Shown: in pieces, positions 37,245-49,600 of the stretch
Layout: the number at the start of each line of letters is the position of its first letter
How positions within the stretch are numbered: position 1 is the first letter of the stretch
Assembly: GCF_038025025.1 (NCBI RefSeq)
Contig: NW_027117344.1
Coordinates: forward strand, 1,426,001 to 1,490,000
DNA from: Phyllosticta citribraziliensis
Lineage: Eukaryota
Length of the DNA: 64,000 nt
Direction: 5' to 3'
Made by a program: the position numbers and the translations under genes
Notes under the pieces: model-generated
Database searches by the model: none
What the model was told of the DNA's origin: nothing
The model's input: only the letters and a program-made list of their open reading frames with translations

Positions 37245-39716
37245 ATGGCTCCTCTGCACTGGCAAACCTCTCTTGTCGCAGTCTTTGCGGCATTTTCGCA
37301 CGCGATCCCCTACGAGGAGTACATTCTTGCTCCGTCCAGCCGCGATCTCCACCCGGTCTCGGTCTACAAGATCAATGGAACCGTCAATGGCGCGGATACT
37401 CTGACGGGAGATGCTCTTGGCAGCGCAACATTTACAGACGACTCCGCCGTGACATACGACTACGGCAAAAACATTGGCGGTGTCGTTTCGCTCACCATTG
37501 GCGAGGTCTCGGACGAAAACCAATACATTGGAGTTACCTTTTCGGAATCCTCGCTATGGATTTCGGGCAAGTCAAGCGATGCTACCGCGGATTCTGGTGT
37601 AGACGAAATTCTTTGGTTTCAACCAAAAAAAGCCGGGACTTATTCTGCCAGGAGGGAGCAAGACAGAGGGGCATTCAAATATCTCAGCTTGGTCAAGAAC
37701 ACAACCGGAACATTGGAAGTCACGCAAGTCACGACACACTTTACTGCAATGCCGCACTACGCCGACGACCAGATGAGGAACTACACTGGATACTTTCATT
37801 GCGATGGTGGGTAGATCTTGAAGGCTAGGCGGGCGTGGCTGACACGCGACAGATGAGCTCATCAACCGCGTTTGGTATGCTGGTAAGTTCCTCTACCACC
37901 GAAGTCCGCAGTCCACGAATTGACCAACCTCTAGGCGCGTACACGAACCAGCTCTGCACCATCGACCCGAAACATGGTGATGCCCTCATCTTCCTCGACG
38001 TCATTTTCGGCAACATGTCTGGCGACGATGTCGGCACACTTCCCTGGTACAACAACTACACCATCACCAATGGAACTTCGGCTCTTATCGATGGTGCAAA
38101 GCGTGATAGGCTGGTTTGGGCCGGCGACTACGCCATTGCGGTACCTGGTCTCGTCGTGAGCACAAACGATCTCGTTTCGGTCCAAAACGCTCTTATCAGC
38201 TTGTTCGACTTTCAAAACAAGGAGACTGGCCAGTTGCCTTATGCAGGTGGGAAAGATCTGTCAAGTCATACATGTATATGCTGACTGTTGAAAAGGCACG
38301 CCGTTCCGCCCGACATTGTCGCTCACTTACCACATGTATACTCTGATTGGCATCTCGAACTACTACCTCTACTCAGTGAGCATTCACCTGGGAGTATGTC
38401 ATAATAGTTTCACAAGCTAATCATGAGACCTCAGGACGATCTTGACTTTCTCAAGAGCATATGGGACGATGTCAAGTTGGCAGCCAATTTTGCGCTTAGC
38501 TATGTTGATGAGACTGGCTTGATGAATGCAACGGCGGCTCCAGATGATTGGCTTCGGTTTGGCATGGGCGGTGAGTCGCCCCTGAAAAGATCCTTACTCC
38601 ATGATTTTCAGCTACTAATTCGCCCCAGGCTACAACATTGAGGTGCGTGACTTGCGATAAGAAGCAACACGAAATATTCTGCGCATCACCTTCCAAGGAA
38701 CACGAAATACACTTGAAGGTTTCAAAGCCACTGACATCACACCAGGCCAATTCTATCCTGTACTACACGCTGTACCAACTCAACATCCTCGCCGAAGCGC
38801 TTGGCGAAAACGACATTGTCGACAACTACACCAAGACCGCGGAAACCATCAAGACAAACATCAACGCGCGCCTCTGGGATTCATCGGCAGGCCTGTACCG
38901 AGACAACGACACTACCCAGCTGTATCCCCAGGACGGCAATTCTTGGGCAGTCGTTGCTAATTTGACGCTCAACTCGACGCAGAACCAGGACATCAGTGAG
39001 GCACTGTCGAAGCGCTGGGGACCTTATGGAGCACCTGCCCCTGAGGCGGGAGACGCCGTGGTAATGTCCCCCGTCCCTACTTGGTCCAGCAACCGCTAAT
39101 GGAAAGTCCAAAGTCGCCATTCATCTCTGGTTTCGAACTCCAGACACACATCAACGCAGGCAACGCTACACGTGCGCTGGAGCTGGTCCGGTTGATGTGG
39201 GGCTTCATGCTCGACGACCCGCGCATGACCAATAGTACCTTCATCGAGGGCTATGCCTTCAATGGGGAAATCAAATACGCCCCGTACAACAACGACCCGC
39301 GCATCAGCCATGCGCACGGCTGGGCCACGGGTCCCACGAGCACCCTCACATTCCTGATCGCCGGCATCCAGCTCAAGGCGACCGGCGGCTCAAAATGGCT
39401 GATCAAGCCCAGCCTGGGCGACCTGAAGACGGCCGAAGCCGGTTTCAAGACCAGCTTGGGCGACTTCAGCGTTTCGAACAAGAAGGAGGAGAGCGGCGCC
39501 TTTGAGGTTGTGTTTGAGACCCCCGAGGGCACCGAGGGCAGTCTCAGCGTCGAGTACCCTGATGCCGGCGGAACTTTGACTGTGCAGAGCGACACCACTG
39601 GCGAGCTGAAGACGATCGAAGTCACGGTTGACGAAGAAAACGACCGCGTCGAGGTTGGTGGATTGAGCGGTGGCAAGTGGACTGCGCACTTTACCCCTGC
39701 CAATTGCGATTCGTAA
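37245..39716 (+). CDS. Secreted glycoside hydrolase family 78 (alpha-L-rhamnosidase-like)
   Basis: Signal peptide then IPYEEYILAPSSR; YDYGKNIGG; LINRVWYAGAYTNQLCTIDP; DGAKRDRLVWAGD; PQDGNSWA; SPFISGFEL; ISHAHGWATGPT. About 7 introns, including small exons 37853-37882 and 38629-38642. Confidence 0.92.
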
Positions 39717-40238
39717 ATCAACACAAAAGTTGACGTGCCGGAGTCGGGGGCAGAATTGTAATAGCCTAGGACAATGTTTAATGTTGTTTCCAGACAAGGA
39801 CTACACTCGCACTATAAATGCGTCAAGGTTGATGTGAGGCACTTTAGCCGACAAAAGAAAAGCCACAGCACACATACTGCACAGATTGAAAGCCACAGCG
39901 GCCCGTAAGAGACATGCCCCGCTCATGCGCTTACGCTGGCTCTACACGGCTAAACGGCCTGTTTAAAGGAAGCATTCAATCTACCACAACGTTCAAGACC
40001 CGGGAGCTTTCAGAATTTCATGAGGGATTGTCAAAACAAGAGTTCAAGGTCCAACCTAGGCATACTGTGAATGTCTGTGCAAAGAGTTCTTGCAACAGGT
40101 TTTGATCTGTGGAGTGCGGAGCTGCTGTACGTCTTGGCAACGACTTGCTGGTCCATTAAAGACTACGAGTTCCAAATTCTGGTGTATATGCAGTCAACAG
40201 CGTAAAGTCTGGAAGCCAGGTTTGAGTTGGTCAAGCAA

Positions 40239-40257
40239 TTTTTTTTTTTTTTTTTTT
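40239..40257. repeat. T19 homopolymer between the convergent GH78 and NRPS 3' ends
   Basis: Visible directly in the sequence. Confidence 0.9.
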
Positions 40258-40653
40258 GACAAAGGTACCACACGTGAAGACGAGCAAGCACCTGCCGAGA
40301 AAAAAATTCCAGATGCGCCTTTCCCTTGTTCTATTTGCTTTTCCTTTTAGACTTCATCAGGTTTTTGAAACATGAACACCACAGACAACAAAATCGATAT
40401 GGAAGACGGCCTCTGCAGTCCTCCCTCGTTCCGACGAGAAGAAATGCTGACACAAAGAAGTCAATACAGACATAGCAAAAGTGGATGCAAAAATGAAGTT
40501 GAAGGAGAAATCAATTTGAAAACAGCAAACCAAACATGCGCCAAAAGAAATCTATCAAACATGCAGAACATCGAACCCACAACGCCCAGATTCTTTTCTA
40601 TCCAACGCCGAAAATACCAAAAGAGAAAAACACGGTCAAACGTGTACAACGTA

Positions 40654-43600
40654 TCAAGCCGCCAATTCGTCAACAACCTGCGCAATCTGGTCTTCAAACA
40701 CACCCAAAATAGCCTTGACACCATCCTCTCCCATCAGCTTCGCATCAGCCCTGACACCGAATCTGACACCATTGGCCACCCTGTCGGGCCCAACATCAAC
40801 AAACAACTGATCCCTCTGGATCCACTCATAACTCAAAGCGTCCACGCTCGTCTCGCCAGGAATGACCCTCTCGGAAGAGAAGTCGGTCGGCACGCCAATG
40901 CTGTAAATGTCGACCATGCCCTCGGCGTACTCGGACTTCATCACGTCGTCGTGCCACAGCAAATTCAAGCTGGCGTTGAATGGCACCTTGCCATCGTCGC
41001 CGACCCAGCCCGCCACATCGCGCAGGCGGCTGTGCTCGTAAGGGATGCGCGCGCCCAGCTTGTCCATCAGATCTTGCGCCACTTCGTTGAGCGGGCGGCT
41101 GCGCACTTCACGCAGGCCCAGCGGCAGCAAGTTGACCGTCGGGCCGCTGACGTTTTCCATGTCCTCGAATGATGCGCTGCGGCCGGTTTGGAAGAATCCG
41201 AACGTGGGCGAGTCCGTCGAAGTGATTTGCGAGAGGGTGCGCGCGAAGGCGAGGAGGACCAGCGTGTGCAGTTGGCGGCCGTGGTTGCGACACTTGGCTT
41301 CGGCAGCCGCGAGATCGAAGCGGCTGCTGCTGGTCATGACGAAAGTCTGCTTGCGCGACGCGGGGTCTTCGAGCTCGGCGCCTGCGCCGGATGATGGCAG
41401 GATTGTCGGCGAGCAGGCGGAAAGATGTTGCTGCCAGAAGGCGCGCTCGTCGACGGCCGCCATGGCCTTGCGGTTGAAGTTGACCAACGACGAGAACGAG
41501 GGAATGGCAGGGAGCGACTTCTTGGCGTAGAGAGCAAGGAGGTCGGAAACGAGGCGAGACATGGTCCAGGCATCGTAAGTAGTGTGGTGCATGGTGATGA
41601 GAAGAGCGTCGTCTTCAGGGGCGCGGACAAGCTGGAGTCGGACAGGAGGCCTGTAAAGGTTCGAAGGCGCGTGGAAAGTCTTTCTGACACAAGTCTTGAC
41701 GACTTGCTCGAGCGGCTTGTTGGACCAGACGACGGTGAAGGTAGTGTCGTCAATCTCAGAAGGCTTCAACACCACCTGCACGCTCTGGTTGGCTCCGGTG
41801 GCGACAAACGCGGTGCGCATAATCGAGTGCCTTTCTTGGAGTGCATTCCATGCCATGCTGAGTCTTGCAATGTCAAGAGGTGCCTTCGCCTTGAACGCCC
41901 AGGTCGGCTCGTACAGCGTGCGACCAGACTGCAGCCAGCTTGCCATGTGGTAGTCTTGTCCGGCAAGAAGAGGAAGAATATCCTCGACGTGCTCCTTGTC
42001 GATACTGAGCTTGGCCAGGGCAGATGTCTCCTCGACGGGGCTGAGGACTGGCGGCAACTCCTTGATCTGCACAACAGGCTCCGAGTCTTGCTGGGCGAGG
42101 CTTCTGCAAATACCACCCAGCGTCACACCCTGGATGATGGTCGCAACCCCGACGCGGACGCCAGCCTTGCGGCAGATGGATGCCACCTGGATGGCGGCAA
42201 TAGAGTCCAGGCCGATGGAAAAGATATTGGTTGACGGTTCAATCTTCTCAACCGGGAGGTTGACCACAGTAGCCATGGCGCTGCGGATGGTTTCTCCGTA
42301 GCGCTGCACAGCCGGGTCGTCCCAGGTGATGACTTCGGCTTCCGCGGCCTCAGATTTGAGAGGGAGACTGCGCAGCTCGGCGGGGTGGGCTGTGACGTAG
42401 CGGTCGGGGTTCTCGATGATATCTTGCACAGCTTCCTGGAAGCCGGCAAGGAAAGCGTCGAGCCTGTCCTTGCCAAGCTTGGAGTAGGCCCTCGCAATCA
42501 ACTCGTTGCTGTGCTGCTCGACCTCGAAGTTCATAGCGTACTCGGAGGTAATGAAGTCTTCCTCGGTCTCGTACGGCTTCCAGATGCTCTGCGAGTTCTC
42601 AAAGGCACCCGCGTCGATCTTCTGGAAGACGAAAATACTGTCGGTCAATACCGCCGACCCCGAGGACGCACCGGCTTGTCCTTGACGCCAGCGGTTCTGA
42701 ATGTCGGCGAAGGAGGCGTGCTGGAACTCGATTCCATCAACCATCTGCTGCTGCAGCTGTTGGATGACGGCCTGGTTGGAAGACAGAGGGTTCGACAGGC
42801 GGACGCGGTACGGGACGGTGTTGAAGGTAGGACCGATGATGGTGTCTGGGTTGTCGAGCTGGAGGTTGCGACCAGCAAGAACCATACCAAAGGCAACATC
42901 ACGGCGTTGGACGAGGCAGCTGAGCGACTTGGCAAAAGCCAGCATTGACACAGTCTGAGGACTGAATCCCTTCTCCTGTACCGCAGCCAAGTTCGAGATG
43001 GCAGTGATACTGGCGATGCTCATTTGGGTCGAGGTAGACTCCTCTTGAGTGAGGGGGACTTGGATGCTTTGGTAGCCCTCAAGACGCTTGCTCCAAAAAT
43101 CAACTGCAGCCTGCTGGTTGTTGGTCATCATCTTTGCCGCCTTGTAGAATGGAGTGGCATCGGGGACAGGGCGACCAAGGTAGTTGTCGGTGAGCTGCTG
43201 GAAGAGAATGGGAATCGAAAGACCGTCGTAAAGGCCGTGGTGCATCGAGATGGAAAAGACCTTGTCGGAACCCGAAGAGATCATGGTTGCTTTAACAGGG
43301 GGTGCGTTGAAGTGACTGGCGTTGGTGAATTTCATGACTTCGCGGAGCTTCTCAAGGGCAGCCTCCACGGAAGAAGCCTCGACGTCGCTCCAGACAGGCA
43401 AACGGTCCGAGTGCACGACAGCGACCCATTCTGAGCCGTGACGGTGGAAAGAAGTCCTCAGAACGTCAAGCTGGTGTACCGTCGTGTTCCAAGCATCCTG
43501 GAACTTGCCCATGTTCACATCCGGAGAAAGGCGGAGCAAGTGATGATGGACGTATAGACGCGGGTCGAGTCCAAGCGTTTGCGTGATCATGCCGACCTGC

Positions 43601-46600
43601 AGAGGCGTGCACTTGTAGACAGTCTCAATCTTCTCGCCTGGAGAAACGGAAGGAGGAACCTGTAGCTCGGGCTCTACGAATGCAATGGCAGAATCCTGCA
43701 TCGTCTTCTCGGATTGCTCGTCCTTGGCCTTGGAAGTGGCAAAGTTGTGAGCGAGGGCACCAACACAGCTGTTGCGCATGACATCGGCCGAGGAGACGTT
43801 GTATCCATGCTCTCGAAGCGTCCTGGCGAAACGGATGGCGGTGATGGAATCGATGCCAATGTGAAGGAAAGAGGTGTTCTTGCCCACTTGCTCGGCCGGC
43901 ACCTGTGCGAAGTCGGACACGAGCGACCTCAACTCCTGCTCTTCGGCGGACCAAGTGCTCTCGTCCCAGACAGGCGCCTTGGCAACAACAGCGACGTCCG
44001 ACTCTTCCACAGAGATTCCAAGCTCTTCCAGAGCCAGCGGCTCTCCATTCAGCACAACATCGACCAACATTTCGACCCTCTCCAAAAGCTCTCCAGCGCG
44101 TGCATCATCGCCGAAAGCGGCAGTGCAGTTCACAGTCAACTTCAGCTGGTCAGCCTTGTTGAAAGTCTCAACCTCCAGAGCCAGACTCCAGTCAGTTGGC
44201 ATCTCGCTCTCAATCTCCTTCCAAAGTTGAGATTCTGGGGTCTCCTCGGGAACCTTGGTGAAAGAGAAGAGCGAGTCGTAAAGAGGTCGGTCAGCTCCAG
44301 TCCACATCTGGATGTCTCGGGCAGAAGTGTGTTGGTAGTCGAGGGACTCGTAACTCAGCTTCTGGAAGGTGGCAAAGACATCTTGCAGCGTCTGCCCAAA
44401 CTTGGTCAGGTTGACACGCTGCGGGATGGTGGTGATGCAGGGGGCCAAGATTCGGGAGACGTCCTTCACGGGTACGGAGCGACCTGAAAGAACAGCGCCG
44501 AAAATGATGTCGTTGTAACCCAGCATCTGCGCCAAGGCGATTCCGAAAGCCGCTTCCATTACGGCCGCAACAGTAAGCTTTTGACGGGATGCGGCAGCCT
44601 CCACGGCGGACAAGCTGGAGTTGAGCGTTCTTTCTTTCAGAGCGACCTGGGACTGATCGACATTGTCGGCTGAAGCGACGAGACGGGTCCTCTCCCAGCC
44701 ATTGAGCAAGTTGGCCCAGTACTTCTTGGCGGCGTCCTTGTCGACAGATAGGATGTGTTCCACAAGCGCACCAGGGCTGGGCCGAGGCTCAGGGGCTTCG
44801 CCGTGGTACCGCTGATGAATCTCCTCAAACAACAGGCCCAGCGACTCTCCGTCATAAAGAGAATGGTGAATAGACAGGAGCAGGGCAGTCCGCTGGCCAC
44901 CCTCGGAAACGGCAAAGGTAAACCTCACAGGAGGCTTCGTTGCGATGTTCTGCGCAATATCCTTGCTGATCTGAGGGTACTTCTGCTTGATCACGTCGGC
45001 ATTGACCGAAGCCCACTGGATTTGAGCAGCCTCAGGGCGCAGAACGACTTGCTTGAAGTTGTCACCAGCGAACCAGAACGTCGTGCGGAGAATTTCGTTT
45101 TCAGCAACAGTCGCCTCCCAAGCTTGACAGAATCTGCTCATGTCGACGCCGGCAGCAGTCTTGAGCAGTACGTGGTTGACGTAGTAGGATTTCGCATCAT
45201 CTCCAGTGTCGACGGATCTGGCGACCATAATCTCCTGAAGAGGCAAGCAAGGTCTGACTGCAGCGACTTGTTCCGAGGGGACCGGCAAGTCATCAGAGGA
45301 GCGGAGCTCGGCATCCATCTTTGCAAGGTCCTTTTGAACTTGTTCGGCTGCAGAGACTCCACCCGCAGTCTTGTCGTTGCGCGGCAACTGAGCCAGCTGC
45401 TCAATCATTGGATGAGTCAGGACGTTGGCAACACTGCATACATAACCGACGTCCCTGAGCTTCATGAAGAGACTGATGGCGCTCAGACTGTCGATGCCGA
45501 GTTCGAAGATGCTCGTGTCCGGACGGATCTCCTTGCCCTCATCCTGGATGACTTCCTTCACAACATCTGCAATGACCTGTTCTTCTCCGTTCAAGGGCCT
45601 ATTGCTAGCTGCTGAAGCATTAGAATTGGCCTTGTTGGCACCAGACATCAGCCTGGAGATCGGGATCGCGGAAAAGAGAGCACTAAGCAGCTTGACATCG
45701 GCTTTGGCGCTGGTGGCAGTCAGGGGAATTGTCGAGACCGGAACGATGATGTCGGGAACCATGAAGACAGGGAGGATCTTCTGACACTGAGGCCTCAGAG
45801 TAGCGTTGATTTCGTCGTACTTGTCCTCGACGAAGACGCACTCGGCCTTCTTGTCCTTCTTGTCGCTCTTGTAGGCCACGAATGCAACGAGCTGCTGCCT
45901 GTTCAAGTCCTTGTGCTTGAGCACCAATGCGGCGGCGTTGATGGGCTCGGAGGATGAGACGCGGACACCCTCGGCAATCTCGCCGAGTTCGACGCGCTGC
46001 CCACGAATCTTGACTTGATCATCCTTACGACCGAGGAATTCGATGCTGTTGTCGGGCAAAATGCGCACAATGTCGCCGGTGCGGTACATCCTTTCGCCGT
46101 GGAAGTCGTCAACAAAGCCCTTGGCATCAGGGCGGTTGAGGTAGCCGTTGGCGACGAATGACCCAGTGAAGCACAATTCACCTCCCATTGACTTCTTGAC
46201 GTAACTGTCGCTGCCAATGCGTAAGACGTGGCCGACACAGTCGCCAATGGGATAGCCAATGTTCCTCGAGTCGGATTGAGGTGTCACTCGCGCCATGGTG
46301 CAGCCAATGGTGACTTCAGTGGGCCCATAGGCATTAACCTGCAAATGGTCAGTACCATAATCAACGGGGAGATGAGACGAGCTGCACTTACCAGCTTGAC
46401 ACGATCATGACCGCCCCAAAGCTTGCGACTCTTCTCAGTCATCTTCTCACCACCGACAGTCAAGAAGACAAGATCGGGCACATCCTCGGGCGTGATTCCT
46501 GTTTGGTCAAGCAGACTCGGGACAAAGCTGGCGTGCGTGACCTGCATGTTCTTGAGAGCAGCGAAGAGGTCGTCGAGGAGCATGGTCCTCTTGGCGGTAG

Positions 46601-49600
46601 CGATGGACATACCATGACGCCACGGCATGAACATTTCCAAAACGTGAACATCAAAGGCACGACTGGCAAGGTTGAGGTACTTGCCCTTGCCTCCCAGCTT
46701 CGGTGTGACGGGCTGGGCATCGCAGATAAGCTCAGACATGCCTTCCAGGAAGGAGGCCAGGTTCTGACGGCTGACAAGCACACCCTTGGGCTTTCCAGTG
46801 CTGCCAGAGGTATACAGGATGTATCCATTGGCATGAGGGTCGTAGGTGATCGTCGGAAACTCGGTGAATCCCTGAAGCTCGCTCTGGTAAACTGGATCGT
46901 TGATGTTGACAATCTTGCAGGCGTCCAACTCGGGAGATGGTTCAATCAAGTCTTCCGTGGTGAACAAGATGCTGGCATTGCTGTCCTGGACCAAGAAAGC
47001 CTTGCGTTCGTTGGGCAAAGCCTCCTCGATAGGCAGATAGGTCTTGCCACTCTTGAAGGTTCCAAGAATGGTACCGTAAGCCTCTAAGGTCCTCGGAAGG
47101 CAAATGGCAACTGAGCCATCCGTGGTCGCGTATTTGGCAATGAAGGCGGCGACGCGGTTGGCGTAGTCGTTCAACGTCCTGTAGTCCCATGAGCTAGTAA
47201 TTGCCTCTGGCCACGTCTGAGTCGCAATCTCGACAGCCTTCCAGTCTGGATGGGTCTGGGCCCAGTGTTCAACCCAGAAGGTCGGGTCGTAATCGGCGGG
47301 ACACTTGGTGTCAGGGCGAGCCGGCGAAATGGACTTGAGCTCTTCGGGGAAGAAGTTGGTCAAATCGGCGACCGGCGCATCCGGGTGCTCCGCCATGGCG
47401 AGAAGGAGGGCATCGATCTGTCGGGCGAAGAGCGCCTGGTGCTCAGGTCCCATGATGTAGTCAGCAACAGCAAACTCGAGCTTTAATACCTCGCCTTCCT
47501 CCCAGATGTTGAATGCCATTGCGTGCTCGACTTGAAGAACGGCGTCCTCTGCCTTGGTCCAGGGCAGAGAGTCTGAATCAGCCGTTGCCTCTCCCTCTGG
47601 ATGGAAGACAAACATGGCAGGATACAGCGACTGGTCCATGGGGCGGTTCAAGACTCTTCTCACTGTACCAGGCCTGACGTGCCTGTGTTCCCAAGTGCCT
47701 TGGGAGACACGGCTTTGGTCCGCGACAAGCTCTCTGCTGGTGGTCTTGGTGCGGAACGGAACGGGGACGACGGAGATCAAAGGAGCAATCGCGCTTTCCA
47801 GCCTAGAATCGACGATCCTGTCCGAAAGGACCTCACCGAATACAATGTCCTGGGATTCGGAGAATTCGGCGAGGTTGGATCCGAACGCGGCGCGAAGCAC
47901 TGCAGCAATGGAGGTAGCGCCAAGCTTGCGGGTAGCATCCTGCAGTTGAATCTTTGACATTGAAAGATGGGTCTCTTGAGTGCGCATGGTAGAGTTGGTC
48001 GCGTCGCTTGGTGACTTGGGCAAGAGGTTTTCGTGGATGTCGCTGGTTAAGCCCTCGAGCTCCTTCTCCCAGTACACTTCGTTTTCGCGGGCGTTTGTCT
48101 CTACTCTCGATATGAGCAGAGCCTCCAAAAGCTGGCATCTGGGCTTGCTCGTAGCGCCGTGGTATTTGTTCGCCAGCTCCAAAAATATTGCATCGAGAGA
48201 AGGCCCGTCATGCAGCGAGTGATGGATCGTCAAGATCATGGTCTTCTCTGCGCCGTGGTCCAGGACGCTAACGGCCCAAGGAGGGTTCTGGAAGAGAGAC
48301 GCCTGGTGCTGTTGAGCAATGTCAAGCGAAATTTCCTTGGAAACCTGCGTGACGTCGCTTTGCGAAGCTGCGCGGACATTCCACTTGACCTTCTCTTGAT
48401 CGTAAACAATCTGCAAGAAAATTGAGTCGACGCTTGCGTTTTCTGGCTTTCGCACAGCCGCGACGGGCACAAAGCCTGCACGAAGAGCTTCAGTCTCCTG
48501 GGCCAGGCTCAACCAGGCGTCGTACAAGTCGTCCAAATCGACGCTAGGGTCCAACTTGAAGATGTGGTTGCTCCAGTACGACTCTGGGTTTTGCATGCTC
48601 TCGCCCAAGAGTGATTCTTGCAAGATGCTTGCAGGAATGACCTGGAAGCGATCATGACCAAGTCTCTCCTTGACAGGCTCAAACCAGAGCTCGTGGCAAG
48701 TGCTCATCTCCTGCTGCAAAATCACCTTCTTTTGCTTGGATCCTGCAAAATGGGTGATGTCGGCAACGGTGCGGCATCTGAGGACGTCAAGGACAGACAG
48801 AGCAAACAAGCCAGAGTTCAGCTTCGCGGCCAGCCTGATGGCGCCGATGGAGTCGATACCGAGTTGGGAAAGCGTGCTGTTGGCTCGGATGGCGTTGATT
48901 TTGGCCCCAGTCGCCGATGCAATGATGTCGACCAGAGTTGCATTGGCCTGGCGCCACTCGTCGTCGGCCTCATCACTCTCCGCGACTTCTTCAACATGCT
49001 TCTCCTCATGCTCAAGGAAGATCGCCTTCAGCGCGTGGCGGTCGACCTTGGCGGATGGTGTCCTCGGGATGAGCGGCAAAACGATGAACAGTTCAGGGAT
49101 CATGTGCGGAGGCAACACGCGTTGGCCGGCTTGCAAGACTACATCAACAAGTTGAGCTGCCTCGGGGGTAGTCACTGGCGCAGTTGCGACCTCAGCGTCA
49201 CCGGTGAAGGCCGGGACGGCGAGGAAAGCAACAACCATCTTCCCTGAGCGCTTCTTCGACTCGAGGTAGAGGACTTCGACTTGTTGAACTCCGGCATGGG
49301 TGCCACGAAGCCAGTAAGCAATCTCGCTGAGCTCCACACGTTGGCCTGCAATCTTGACCAGATCGTCGTCTCTGCCGACGAATTCGATGCTGCCGCCACC
49401 CAGTTGCCTGACAAGGTCACCAGTGAGGTAGACGGTGCGATCGAGAGCCTCGCAGAAGATGAATCGCTCGCGGCTCTTCTCCGCATCTTTCCAGTAACCT
49501 TGGGACAGCTGAATACCAGACAAGGCCAGTTCACCGATGCCGTTGCGAATGATGGGACGACCGTTTTGAAGGACGTAGGCACCCAGGGTTTCGAGGGGAA

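Noticed and set aside
46284..46391. Apparent frameshift splitting the NRPS into two ORFs
   Set aside because: Explained by a canonical 53-nt intron (46391-46339); not a pseudogene.
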